A stretch of DNA of 64,000 nucleotides from NCBI GenBank assembly GCA_043803745.1, contig JAZDJS010000021.1, positions 1 to 64,000 on the forward strand, written 5' to 3'. Of the stretch, positions 47,110 through 56,148 are shown in pieces (within the stretch, counting starts at the first letter, position 1; every line of letters starts with the position of its first letter). This DNA is from an archaeon (GTDB taxonomy: Archaea; SpSt-1190; DYHY01). The notes beneath the pieces were generated by a model, which did not search any database, was not told the DNA's origin, and saw only the letters and a program-made list of their open reading frames with translations. Made by a program: the position numbers and the translations under genes.

Positions 47110-47790
47110 ATGCTTGTCCTTTTCGACATTGACGGAACTTTGGTTGCGAAAGGAACGGGCGCACACGAGCGGGCCTTCGTCTTGGCAATTGACAAAATAT
47201 ATTCAGTTGACTCGGAGAAGGCATTCTATTCTCTCAAATTGCACGGCAGAGTTGACAAGGAGATAATAGTTGAAACTGTCGGGAAACTGGGGATCCCGGA
47301 ATCACTTGCAAAGAAAAAGGTTCCTGACTGCAAAAAGCTTGTCGAGGGCTTATTTCCCGGGGAGTTGAAACGGGATTTCTCTGGCCAAGTGCTTCCCGGA
47401 GTCAGGGAAATTCTCTCCAAACTGAAGAAACGAAAAGTCAAGCTCGGGCTGCTCAGCGGGAACTTCCCGAATGTTGCCTACGGCAAGCTGAAACGGGTCG
47501 GGTTAGAGAAGTTCTTTTCCAAAAAACTGAGCGGGCTTGGGGATTCGGGATTCAGCCGGGTCGAGGTTGCCTGCAAGCTTGCCCGGAAGGTTGTAAGGAG
47601 AACAAGGGGAGAGAAGATAGTCCTTGTCGGGGACACGCCCAAGGACATCCTTGCAGGCAAGGCCATCGGAGCAGTGACTGTCGCAGTTGCAACCGGGGGA
47701 GCAACGAAAGCCGAACTTGCACGGGCAAAACCGGATTTCCTTATCCGAAATATGTGGGGCTTTAGAAAGATTATTGAAAACCTTATTTGA
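47110..47790 (+). CDS. HAD-family hydrolase
   Basis: FDIDGTL, LLSGN, VGDTPKD. Confidence 0.92.
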   Translation: MLVLFDIDGTLVAKGTGAHERAFVLAIDKIYSVDSEKAFYSLKLHGRVDKEIIVETVGKLGIPESLAKKKVPDCKKLVEGLFPGELKRDFSGQVLPGVREILSKLKKRKVKLGLLSGNFPNVAYGKLKRVGLEKFFSKKLSGLGDSGFSRVEVACKLARKVVRRTRGEKIVLVGDTPKDILAGKAIGAVTVAVATGGATKAELARAKPDFLIRNMWGFRKIIENLI

Positions 47791-48442
47791 AAATCTCGCC
47801 GGTCCCGTCGGACCAGAGTAGGAGGTCCAGTTCCGCGAGGGGGATTTTCACCTTCCGGGAAAATGCGCGGAGTTTCTCCTCAAGCTCAAGGTACTTCTTG
47901 GGCGGGATGCTTTTCGGGATTTCCTTTAGTATTCCGAGGGGAACAAGCCGCCGAAGGACGTGGATGTCGAGGATTGCAAGGTCCTCGCCGAAGCCGATGT
48001 TCCGGAGGAAATGGCTTGCCTCCTTCATCCCAAGCCCCTTGACGCGCGCGACTAGCAGCTTTCGGGATAGGAGGGGGTTTGAAAGGGGGAGGGAAGGGGT
48101 TATGGAGATTTTTCCTCCTTCTGAGAAGACTCGTCTCGCCAAAGAAACATATCTTGCCTTGTTATTCGGGAACCTCACCCCCGAAAGGCTTGAGCGGATT
48201 TGTGTGAGCGGGAGGCTCTTGCGCGGGAACCTCTTGTTTCTGAGGGAATCCGCTGCTTTCTCCGCTGCCCGCGCGCGCGACTGGGGGGTGAGGAGGCAGA
48301 AGACGAGCTCAAGGAAGATCTCTTCCTCGGGAAGCCTTCCGGCCTTTTCGAAATCGGAGAGGCGAGATGCAATTTCAGCTTTCTTCCGAGAATGGTCCTT
48401 CAAGAGTCTCTGGATTGAAAGGGAACTTCTTGCTCCGGTCAT
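47783..48442 (-). CDS. ogg: 8-oxoguanine N-glycosylase/DNA lyase
   Basis: ELVFCLLT, RFPNNKARY, KGLGMKEASHFLRN.G, AILD.H, LDL.LW. Confidence 0.93.
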   Translation of the reverse strand: MTGARSSLSIQRLLKDHSRKKAEIASRLSDFEKAGRLPEEEIFLELVFCLLTPQSRARAAEKAADSLRNKRFPRKSLPLTQIRSSLSGVRFPNNKARYVSLARRVFSEGGKISITPSLPLSNPLLSRKLLVARVKGLGMKEASHFLRNIGFGEDLAILDIHVLRRLVPLGILKEIPKSIPPKKYLELEEKLRAFSRKVKIPLAELDLLLWSDGTGEIFK

Positions 48443-48493
48443 TTTTCTTGGGGGTGCGCAAGGGTTTATATTCTTGGGCCTCGCGGGGCTAAA

Positions 48494-48892
48494 GTGAGTT
48501 TTTCCAAACTCGATTATGAGAAAACTTCCGCCAAGGGGGTCCTGATTGCAGCCGTTGAAACTGGCCGGGCAAAATCTGTCTCGGTGATAAAATTCCTCCC
48601 CGGCTCAAGCTTTCCAAGCCATTCCCACGGGAAAGCAACGGAGCGTTATTTCGCGGTTTCAGGCAAGGGCATCGTTTCCGTTGGGAAGCTGAAACGGGTT
48701 CTGGACAAGGGGGATTCAATCGAGATTGGGCGAGGAAGGGTTCATTCCGTTTCCAATCCGTTCAAGAGGCAGTTCGTAATGGTCGAGATTTCAATTCCCG
48801 GATTTGACGAAAAAGACGTTCTGTTTGGACCAAAAGGCCGGAAGATTCAAGCGGAAAGGATTAAATACCGGAAGAGCCGGCCTTTCCACTAA
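48494..48892 (+). CDS. cupin domain protein
   Basis: HSH....E.Y...SG.G...G..H.V.N. Confidence 0.85.
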   Translation: MSFSKLDYEKTSAKGVLIAAVETGRAKSVSVIKFLPGSSFPSHSHGKATERYFAVSGKGIVSVGKLKRVLDKGDSIEIGRGRVHSVSNPFKRQFVMVEISIPGFDEKDVLFGPKGRKIQAERIKYRKSRPFH

Positions 48893-48893
48893 T

Positions 48894-50051
48894 ATGAGGG
48901 GCAGCCTTTTTGCGGATTCAACTGGATTCTCCGAGAAAAACCTTTTCAGGGACGAGGGGATCCTTTACTCGGATTTCCTTCCGGACAAGCTGCCGCACAG
49001 GGAAGGCCATGCGCGCTTCCTTGCTGATTGCCTGAGGCCAATCACCGGCGGGAAGAGCCCGGAGAACGTTTTCATCTGGGGTCCCGCAGGGGTCGGGAAA
49101 ACCTCCGTTGCGAAGTTCGTCCTCCGGGAGATGAAGGAGCACACCGAAATCCCTGTTGTCTACATAAACTGCTGGCAGAACGACACGAGGCACGCGGTCC
49201 TGACGACAATCGCATATGCGCTTGGGAGCTTTGCGCCCCGGAGGGGGACTGCGACCGATGAAATCTTCGAAAAGGCCTGCGAGGGGATGAAAAGGCGCGG
49301 GGGGAAGGGGCTTGTGATCGTGCTTGACGAGATTGACAAGCTCCTTGCGAACGACGGGGGGCGGCTTCTCTACGACCTTGCAAGGGGACCGGTCTTTACC
49401 GGAAAGACGGGAATCGTCATGATTTCTAACGACGAATATGCCCTCCGGAAACTCGACGACCGGACGAGGAGCAGCCTCTCCTACCAAGAGTCCTCATATC
49501 CCGCATATTCCTTCGAGGAGCTGAAAGGGATTTTCTCGGAAAGGATCGGGGCTGCGTTCGTCGAGGGTTCCGTGAAAGCGGGAGTGAACTCCGCGGTTGC
49601 GAGGATTGTCGCGGATTCCGGCGGGGACGTAAGGCTCGGGCTCGACTGCCTCCTCAAGGCGGGACGGCTTGCAGAATCCGACGGGAAGGATTTTTCGGTC
49701 GAGCACGTCCAGAAGATGATTGGGAAGATCCAGAACAGCAAGACGAAGGCGATAATCACGGGGCTCGAGAGAAACCTCCTTGGAATCGTCAGGATTCTCG
49801 CTGCGACCGGGATAAGGGAGAAAACAACCGGGGAGCTTCTTGCCGATTATTCGCGGGAAATGGGGGAAACGAACGAGCGGACCTTCAGGAACTACCTGAC
49901 TGAGCTCGAGACGAAGGGAGTGATAACCTCGGTGATGAGCGGCAAGGGCCAACGGGGGAAAACAAGGATAATCACGCTGAAGAACTCCGAGATGGTAAGG
50001 AGAATCCTTCAATCAGCTAATGAGGATGGCAAAGGAGGAAAGGAAAAATAA
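48894..50051 (+). CDS. cdc6: Orc1/Cdc6 replication initiator
   Basis: P..LPHRE, GPAGVGKT, YINC, VLDEID, LD.RTRS, GDVR, wH-domain G.RG.T. Confidence 0.93.
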   Translation: MRGSLFADSTGFSEKNLFRDEGILYSDFLPDKLPHREGHARFLADCLRPITGGKSPENVFIWGPAGVGKTSVAKFVLREMKEHTEIPVVYINCWQNDTRHAVLTTIAYALGSFAPRRGTATDEIFEKACEGMKRRGGKGLVIVLDEIDKLLANDGGRLLYDLARGPVFTGKTGIVMISNDEYALRKLDDRTRSSLSYQESSYPAYSFEELKGIFSERIGAAFVEGSVKAGVNSAVARIVADSGGDVRLGLDCLLKAGRLAESDGKDFSVEHVQKMIGKIQNSKTKAIITGLERNLLGIVRILAATGIREKTTGELLADYSREMGETNERTFRNYLTELETKGVITSVMSGKGQRGKTRIITLKNSEMVRRILQSANEDGKGGKEK

Positions 50052-50053
50052 AT

Positions 50054-50560
50054 ATGGTTGACACGGGAGAGCCGGAGGGAGAAAAGGGCGGGGAGGGAAT
50101 GCTTGAGAAGCTCCCCTATCTTCTGAGGAAGCAGACGCTTCAGGAGGAGATGCCCGAGTTCTCGGAGGAGCGGGACATTTTCAGGCGGGCGCAGGCGGGA
50201 GCGGTCGGGAGCACCCTCCATACCGACAGAATACTCGTCCTTGTCGCAAACTGCAGGGAGGGGACGAAGGCGCTTAACGCGGCAATCGACATTGCCCGCC
50301 AGAACGGAAGCGAACTGGTGGTTGCGTTCTACACCGAGATTATTCCCGCACTGAAGGACCGGGTCATCAGCAGCGGCATAAGGTACAAGCTCATTGCAAA
50401 GCCGACAAGCGCAACGGGCGACATAATGTTCGTGATAAAGAAGGAGAAGGTCGACCTTGCGATAATACCTGAAAAATTCTCGGACAAGCTTTCCGGGATA
50501 AGCCAGGTTACCAAGCAGATTGTGGAGGCTTCCGAGTCCTCGGTCCTTGTCGTAAGGTAG
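50054..50560 (+). CDS. universal stress protein family
   Basis: RILV......AL..A..IA...DL.I...V...IV..S..SVLVVR. Confidence 0.8.
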   Translation: MVDTGEPEGEKGGEGMLEKLPYLLRKQTLQEEMPEFSEERDIFRRAQAGAVGSTLHTDRILVLVANCREGTKALNAAIDIARQNGSELVVAFYTEIIPALKDRVISSGIRYKLIAKPTSATGDIMFVIKKEKVDLAIIPEKFSDKLSGISQVTKQIVEASESSVLVVR

Positions 50561-50571
50561 TAGAAGAACGA

Positions 50572-51816
50572 ATGAGCTTTCCAGTCCTCCCGGTTGCGAT
50601 TTTCGCAATAACCTTTTTCCTTATATTCACCGAGAGGATTAACAGGACGCTTGCGGCGCTCCTCGGAGGATTTTCAATGGTCGCCTTCGGGGTGATAACC
50701 GGAGGGGAAGCGCTCGCATCAATCGAATTCACCGCAATTTCCTCGATTATCGGAATACTCATCCTGGTCTCCGTCGTGAGATCGAGCGGGCTTTTCGCAT
50801 GGCTCGCGATAAAGGTGGTCAAACTTTCGAAGGGGAATCCCGCAAAGCTGATGGTTGCGCTTTCGCTTCTTTCCGCTTTTGTTGCGTCATTCCTAGGGGG
50901 GACTGCGACAATCCTGATAATGGGCGGACTGATCGTCACGATCTGCAAGCAGCTGAACCTGAAAGTTCCGCCTTACCTGATGGCTTCGGCTCTGATGACT
51001 TCGGTTGGGGGGGGATTCTTCCTTACAGGGAGCTCGATAAACATACTCCTTTCAAACGCGGGAGGGTTCTCATTCATTGACTTCTTCAGCAACAGCCTCC
51101 CGATTTCCCTCCTGCTCGGGATAATCACCTCCCTGTTCTTCGTCTGGTATTTCAAAATAGAGAACAAGGAATCGGGGGAAATCCTTCTTGACGAAAAGCA
51201 GGCGATTACGGACTGGAAGAAATTCTGGATTACAATGGCGCTCCTATCCGGGACAATCTTCCTTTTCATAATCTCCGGATTCGTCGGCCTGACCGTCGAG
51301 ATGATTGCAATCGGCTCCGGGATACTTGCGCTTCTCCTTACGGGATTCGAGCCTGAAAAGGCTTTCAGGGAGGTTCAGTGGGAAACCCTGTTCTTCCTGA
51401 TTGGCGTTTTCGTTGTAATGGGCGGCCTTGAGAAGAGCGGGGTCTTCCACGCCGTTGCAAGCGTGCTTGCCCCGATCGTGAAGGGGGATTCCGGAAGGCT
51501 CCTGCTCATAGGGATAATCGGGCCAATATCGGGGATAGTCCACTCCCTTCCGATAACGGTCGCGCTGATACCGATTGTGAAGGAGATTGTCGGAATAACG
51601 GGTGAATTGGCGGGACCCATCTTCTGGACGCTGATTCTTGCCATAAATTTCGGGGAGAACCTGACTCCGCTCGGCTCAACTTCCAGCATACTTGCGATGG
51701 GGATTGGAAAGACCTCCGGCCAGCCGGTCAGCTTCGCGGAATTCCTGAAAATAGGCGCAATTCTCTGCGCAATCCACCTGACGATCGCCGGGATATGGGT
51801 TTTCTTCAGGTACTAG
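50572..51816 (+). CDS. ArsB/NhaD (SLC13/P-permease) ion transporter
   Basis: RTLAAL.G, SGLF.WLA, V.W.TL.FL.G.F, G.NLTPLGS, SF.EF.K.G. Confidence 0.88.
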   Translation: MSFPVLPVAIFAITFFLIFTERINRTLAALLGGFSMVAFGVITGGEALASIEFTAISSIIGILILVSVVRSSGLFAWLAIKVVKLSKGNPAKLMVALSLLSAFVASFLGGTATILIMGGLIVTICKQLNLKVPPYLMASALMTSVGGGFFLTGSSINILLSNAGGFSFIDFFSNSLPISLLLGIITSLFFVWYFKIENKESGEILLDEKQAITDWKKFWITMALLSGTIFLFIISGFVGLTVEMIAIGSGILALLLTGFEPEKAFREVQWETLFFLIGVFVVMGGLEKSGVFHAVASVLAPIVKGDSGRLLLIGIIGPISGIVHSLPITVALIPIVKEIVGITGELAGPIFWTLILAINFGENLTPLGSTSSILAMGIGKTSGQPVSFAEFLKIGAILCAIHLTIAGIWVFFRY

Positions 51817-51862
51817 GTACTAAAAGTAAACTATTTAAGCCGGTCGGGCCCTCCGAGCCCCG

Positions 51863-52258
51863 ATGAGAAACGGAATGTTTTTTGTTGCCTCAGGGATACT
51901 GATTTTCGCGGGGATACTCCTCGCTGGGTGTGTTTCATCAGCGCAGGGACTGGGGGGGAGCCCGGGGGGGAGCCCAGGGGGGAGCCTTAGCACGCCTCCG
52001 ACAACCGCCCCCGCTCCGGAAGAGAAAACCTTCACTCTTTCTGAGATTGCCGGATATTCGACAAAGGAAAACTGCCTGATTGCGATAAACGGGAGCGTCT
52101 ACAACATTACGGGGTATTTCGGCAAGCATCCTGCGGGGGACCGGACTTTGCTTTCCGGCTGCGGGAAGGATGCGACGGGAATCTTCAGCGAGAAGCATTC
52201 CCAGACGGCGTGGCAGCTTCTGCCCTCGTTCTATGCCGGAAAACTGGCCGGGCAATAA
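51863..52258 (+). CDS. cytochrome b5-like heme/steroid-binding lipoprotein
   Basis: Lipobox LAGC; C.I.I.G.VYNIT.Y...HP.G......CGKDAT..F...H. Confidence 0.85.
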   Translation: MRNGMFFVASGILIFAGILLAGCVSSAQGLGGSPGGSPGGSLSTPPTTAPAPEEKTFTLSEIAGYSTKENCLIAINGSVYNITGYFGKHPAGDRTLLSGCGKDATGIFSEKHSQTAWQLLPSFYAGKLAGQ

Positions 52259-52312
52259 AAAAGGATAAAAAGACGTTTTGTCCTCTCTTGACTGAGGCGA
52301 GCGAAAAGAGAA

Positions 52313-52564
52313 ATGTCCTTCCTTGACACACTGAAAGTAATTACCTTCTTCGGAATTCTTGCAGCAGTCTTCATAGTCAGCCTTGGAAGGCGGCTTTTCG
52401 GCTGGGGGATAAAGCCAACTCAGGCCCAGCCTCCACCGCCAAATCCGCCGGGCCCTCAGCAGGTCAGGTCCCCTCAGCCTCCCGAGCAGGGCCGGATTCC
52501 GTCTCCAGCTCGACAACAGCAGTATCCTCCTCAGCAACCACAACAGCAACAGAGGAAGTTCTGA
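52313..52564 (+). CDS. small TM protein with a Pro/Gln-rich tail
   Basis: 83 aa; N-terminal hydrophobic helix and low-complexity PQ tail. Confidence 0.6.
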   Translation: MSFLDTLKVITFFGILAAVFIVSLGRRLFGWGIKPTQAQPPPPNPPGPQQVRSPQPPEQGRIPSPARQQQYPPQQPQQQQRKF

Positions 52565-52590
52565 TTATTTGAAACGGGAAAATGGTTCCC

Positions 52591-52767
52591 GTGCTCCCGA
52601 CGGTTGAGTCATCTTCAGAGGACGAAATCTCGGGACGCGAGCGCGTTAGACCCGCCAGACGAAAAAGTGCGAGTGCTCCCGACGGTTGAGTCATCTTCAG
52701 AGGACGAAATCTCGGGACGCGAGCGCGTTAGACCCGCCAGACGAAAAAGTGCGAGTGCTCCCGACGG
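52591..52767. repeat. Two perfect 82-bp tandem repeats, each carrying the tRNA-Glu 3' end
   Basis: 52591-52672 equals 52673-52754; GTGCTCCCGACGG recurs at 52591, 52673 and 52755. Confidence 0.95.
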
Positions 52768-52830
52768 GATTTGAACCCGTGTCTCGGGCTCGAGAAGCCC
52801 AGATCCTTGGCCGAGCTAGACGACAGGAGC
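52756..52830 (-). tRNA. tRNA-Glu(CUC)
   Basis: GCTCCTG/CGGGAGC-A; anticodon arm TGGGC-TT-CTC-GA-GCCCG; GGTTCAA T-loop. Confidence 0.95.
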
Positions 52831-52924
52831 TTGAGAATCGGGTCTTTCTCCCCGTTTTAAACGTTTTCCATCGAGTTTCGCCCAACCCAAAAATCTTTTT
52901 AACCTCTGTTCTTCCGGTTAGGCC

Positions 52925-53042
52925 GGGTCCATAGCTCAGCCCGGTAGAGCGGCAGTCTTATATGACTGTGTTCTATACACAAAGGATAGACTAGGTCTGA
53001 GTCAGCTGTTGGTCATGGGTTCGAATCCCATTGGGCCCACCA
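52925..53042 (+). tRNA. tRNA-Ile(UAU) with a 41-nt intron (52963-53003) at position 37/38; CCA encoded
   Basis: GGGTCCA/TGGGCCC-A-CCA; anticodon TAT 52959-52961; canonical BHB (CUUA:UGAG helix, UAU and UCA bulges, GACU:GGUC outer helix). Confidence 0.92.
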
Positions 53043-53102
53043 GCCCCTTCAGGGGCTGAAGAAATTCCCACAGCCAGCATTCCCTTTGCGCTCTGAGGGG
53101 CT

Positions 53103-53117
53103 CATTGGGCCCACCAG
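53103..53117 (+). repeat. 15-bp duplicate of the tRNA-Ile 3' end
   Basis: CATTGGGCCCACCAG at 53029-53043 and 53103-53117. Confidence 0.85.
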
Positions 53118-53163
53118 AGCCCGTTTTCTTTTCCGAAAGAAAAAGCCTTCGGGGAAAAAGAAA

Positions 53164-54063
53164 TCATTGGAGCGGGAAATACCTGCAAAAGGCGCAGAGC
53201 TTTCCCGAGGTCGGCTCCCTGCCGCAGGAGGGACAGAGCCGCGTCTCCTTCCCGAGGAGGGGGGCAAAAACCGGCTGGCCCTTGGAAAGATAGCTCAAGT
53301 AGAATTTCAGCCTGAATCCCGGTTCCCTCTTTTCAGCTGAAGAGAGGATTGCTTGCCACTTTTCCGTCTTCGGCTCCTTTGAAAAATTGCATTTCTTCTT
53401 CAAGTAGGGGAGTTTGAATAGTTTCGCCCAGTTTGAAAGCTCCTCCTTCGAGAAGAGGCAGAGCGGCTTTACCTTCTTCCCGAATCCAGGCAAGAGGCCG
53501 GAAACAATGGGAGTTCTCCGGGAAAGAATGTCTGGATTCCAGGAATATACGCCGCCGAAAATCGCGGCTGTTTCGTCGTCAAGGTGATGGCCGGTTGCGA
53601 ACGGGATTCCGGATTCCCGCGCCTCCCGGTTCAGGAGGGCGTTCCTTATTTCGCTGCAGGTTGCGCAGGGGTTTCGCCCCGTTCTTGAAAGTATTTCCCC
53701 GAGGGATTTATCCGGCTTTAGCAGCTTCAACTCAACGCCGCAGAAGCCGGAAATTCTCTCCGCAGCTTTTCTCGATTTGACTGAGAAAGCCCCGTTGCCC
53801 AAATCAACATGGATTGCGCGGACATTGAAACCGGCAAGCTTGAGCGAGTGGCAGAGGACGGAGCTGTCAAGGCCTCCGGAAAGCGCGACAAGGAAGGAGT
53901 TTCCCATCTGGAAATTCTTGACAGTCCAGTTTATTCTCCGAAGGAACCATTCCTTGTAATGCTCCCTGCAAAGGTCGTATTTGTGAGCCGGGAGGTGGAA
54001 GATTGCCTTTTTCTTCGCCGGGGCGTTCTTCTTGATGCAGATTGTGCAGTAAGGTGAAGACAC
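53164..54063 (-). CDS. TtuA/NcsA-family tRNA thiolation PP-loop ATPase
   Basis: N- and C-terminal Zn fingers, SGGLDS, PCATC, ATGHHLDDE, KPL. Confidence 0.88.
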   Translation of the reverse strand: MSSPYCTICIKKNAPAKKKAIFHLPAHKYDLCREHYKEWFLRRINWTVKNFQMGNSFLVALSGGLDSSVLCHSLKLAGFNVRAIHVDLGNGAFSVKSRKAAERISGFCGVELKLLKPDKSLGEILSRTGRNPCATCSEIRNALLNREARESGIPFATGHHLDDETAAIFGGVYSWNPDILSRRTPIVSGLLPGFGKKVKPLCLFSKEELSNWAKLFKLPYLKKKCNFSKEPKTEKWQAILSSAEKREPGFRLKFYLSYLSKGQPVFAPLLGKETRLCPSCGREPTSGKLCAFCRYFPLQ

Positions 54064-54174
54064 TTTCGGATTCTAAAGGGTTGCTTTTAACGGAATTGGT
54101 GTGGCTTGCAAAAGTCTTGAAATAACCCTGCTTAAGTAGTAAATGTTATAAAGGAAAAGGTATCTTTAGCGCGT

Positions 54175-55008
54175 ATGTTCGAAGTTGCCCAAGCGCTTTA
54201 TGAGTTCACCGTAGGGCCGATTATTGAGGGCCTGGGTGCTGCCAAGCAAGATTTAGATTTGTCTCAATTTGAGCTTGGCAAGGGGAATGTTCCGCAAATC
54301 CCGGCGCGGATTTCTGGAAGGCGGGGCGCTCCCGAAAGACCTGAAAGTTATCAGGCACTCCTTGATGCCGCTTTGAAAGTCGCATCTGGCCCAAAAGGCA
54401 CACGGGTTGCTGGAAAGTACGTCAATCCCGAAAACCCGGACGGGCTTCCGCAAGGGTTCCACATTGCAAAGGTTTCCCAAGTGACTGCCAGCGTAAGAGA
54501 AGTTCCGGAACCGGGATATTTGTGGAATCGGCCGAAAACACCAGTTCATTACGCGCAAGTCAAAATTGCAAGAAGGGGTGAACTGGATGTCGCATGGCTC
54601 GATAACTCTGCTTCCGATTTCTTCGAGGGCATGGTTGGAACACACAAATTCATTTTCGAAAAGTCCGAGCTAGGAGACCCCAAAATTTCAACTGACAACG
54701 CTATTGACAGGTATCACGGCATCTGCCGAACAAATTGCACTGTTCCGATACGGGTTGGTGGCGAAGAAATGGCGGCAATGCAGCTTTACCAGGAAAGCAA
54801 CGGCAAACCCGTCTATTTGCGCCTTGCGATAGCTGGTCCTCTCGGAAATCCGACTGGGAAACGTGAGCTTTTGACGGAGTCTTTGTGCACGTTTGTTGCA
54901 GCAACCGGGGTTCTCTGGCAAGCTTGGCAGGAAAGCGAAAGCCTGAAAGAGTTCGAAAGATATGCCAACGCAGCTTTTTCGGGGAAACGCGCTAGGGCAA
55001 ATTGTTAA
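54175..55008 (+). CDS. orphan hypothetical protein
   Basis: 277 aa ATG ORF with TTATAAA about 25 nt upstream. Confidence 0.65.
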   Translation: MFEVAQALYEFTVGPIIEGLGAAKQDLDLSQFELGKGNVPQIPARISGRRGAPERPESYQALLDAALKVASGPKGTRVAGKYVNPENPDGLPQGFHIAKVSQVTASVREVPEPGYLWNRPKTPVHYAQVKIARRGELDVAWLDNSASDFFEGMVGTHKFIFEKSELGDPKISTDNAIDRYHGICRTNCTVPIRVGGEEMAAMQLYQESNGKPVYLRLAIAGPLGNPTGKRELLTESLCTFVAATGVLWQAWQESESLKEFERYANAAFSGKRARANC

Positions 55009-55034
55009 TATACCGGAACGTTTGGGACCAGGAA

Positions 55035-55259
55035 ATGGCGGAAAAGGTTGGCAAGAAGAAATCCGAAGAGTGCCGCAGTTGCAGCTGCTGGAAGGGGCAG
55101 GGGGCTTCCGGAGGAATCTACGGCCTCGGATTCATAGGCGCGCTTTTCTATTACATTCCCCAGGCAGCAACATTTTGGGCGGGAGTTCTCGGTTTCCTAA
55201 AGGCGCTTGTCTGGCCGGCATTCCTCGTTTACAGGCTACTGTCTTTTCTGAAAGCTTAG
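55035..55259 (+). CDS. small conserved-looking membrane protein
   Basis: GGIYGLGFIGA..YYI..A..FW.GVLG.LKALVWPAFLVY. Confidence 0.75.
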   Translation: MAEKVGKKKSEECRSCSCWKGQGASGGIYGLGFIGALFYYIPQAATFWAGVLGFLKALVWPAFLVYRLLSFLKA

Positions 55260-55273
55260 GTTCCCGAAAGAAA

Positions 55274-55510
55274 ATGAAATTCAGTAAAGTCATCCTTGCT
55301 CCCGGGGGGGAAATGAAAGCGCATTCGAACGGGGCTTCCGAGGAACTCATTGTCGTTGTAAGGGGAACCGCGGCCGTTTCATTTGGCGGAGTTGAACGGG
55401 AGGCTTCTGCGGGAGGCCATCTTCTGATACCGAGGGAAACCTTGCATTCGGTCAGGAACCGGGGGAGCGCGCCTTTAGAGTATTACTATATCCTTCCCGA
55501 GAAAAACTAG
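55274..55510 (+). CDS. cupin domain protein
   Basis: LAPG.....HS....EE......G...IP....HSV.N. Confidence 0.8.
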   Translation: MKFSKVILAPGGEMKAHSNGASEELIVVVRGTAAVSFGGVEREASAGGHLLIPRETLHSVRNRGSAPLEYYYILPEKN

Positions 55511-56148
55511 GGTTGCTGCTGCTGAAGAACTTGGGAAGAAACCTGCTTTTTCAGGGCATCGATTTTCCTTCTCCTGACAACGAAAAATCCTGCGACTTGG
55601 AAACCTATTGTAGCTAATGCGAAAATAACCAGCAGGAATTCGACGAGGTTCGGGCGGGACAAGTCAAGGCCGTTCGCCTTGAAAATGAAATGATAGAGGG
55701 AGAGCGCAAAGGCAAGATAGTTGAACCTTTGGATTCCTTTCCAGACGGGAGTGCCGAGGAGCTTCGTCGCCCAGTCAGCTGAGGTCAGGGCGAGGGGAGT
55801 GAAGATTGCAAGGGCGATTGTCCCTGCCGTGAAAGGCAAATAGGAAAAAAAGAGGGAAAAATCCCAGCCAAGCTGGAAAGAAAGGGAAAGGATCCCGTGG
55901 AAAAGGACGAGGAAGAATGAAGCAATCCCGACCGCGCGCCTCGGCTCGACAAGCTGTGCGAACCTCTGGGGCCAGATTACCGCAAGGGGCCCAATCAGGA
56001 GGGTCACCGTAATCAGGAAGAACCCTGAGAGGGCGAGGAACCTTGTTCCCGAGGAAACCCCTGCCGGGGCCGGAACGGTAGAATTGTAGAACGCAATTGC
56101 GGCAAGGGCGAGGAAAAGGTAGAGGAAAAGCTGGCTTGTCTTGTTCAT
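55507..56148 (-). CDS. MsrQ / ferric reductase-like transmembrane heme protein
   Basis: TL.I.PL, RRAVGI..F....H, LALTS, WK.IQR..Y......H. Confidence 0.85.
   Translation of the reverse strand: MNKTSQLFLYLFLALAAIAFYNSTVPAPAGVSSGTRFLALSGFFLITVTLLIGPLAVIWPQRFAQLVEPRRAVGIASFFLVLFHGILSLSFQLGWDFSLFFSYLPFTAGTIALAIFTPLALTSADWATKLLGTPVWKGIQRFNYLAFALSLYHFIFKANGLDLSRPNLVEFLLVIFALATIGFQVAGFFVVRRRKIDALKKQVSSQVLQQQQP

Noticed and set aside
48400-50100. Replication origin next to cdc6
   Set aside because: No intergenic space and no recognisable ORB repeats or AT-rich unwinding element.
52600-52635. Hammerhead ribozyme (TGAGTC...GACGAAA)
   Set aside because: The core reads CGGUUGA rather than CUGANGA and stems I/III with a cleavage triplet cannot be formed; it folds as a simple hairpin.
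52591-52767. CRISPR array
   Set aside because: The units are fully identical with no unique spacers, the recurring 13-mer is the tRNA 3' end, and no cas genes are present.
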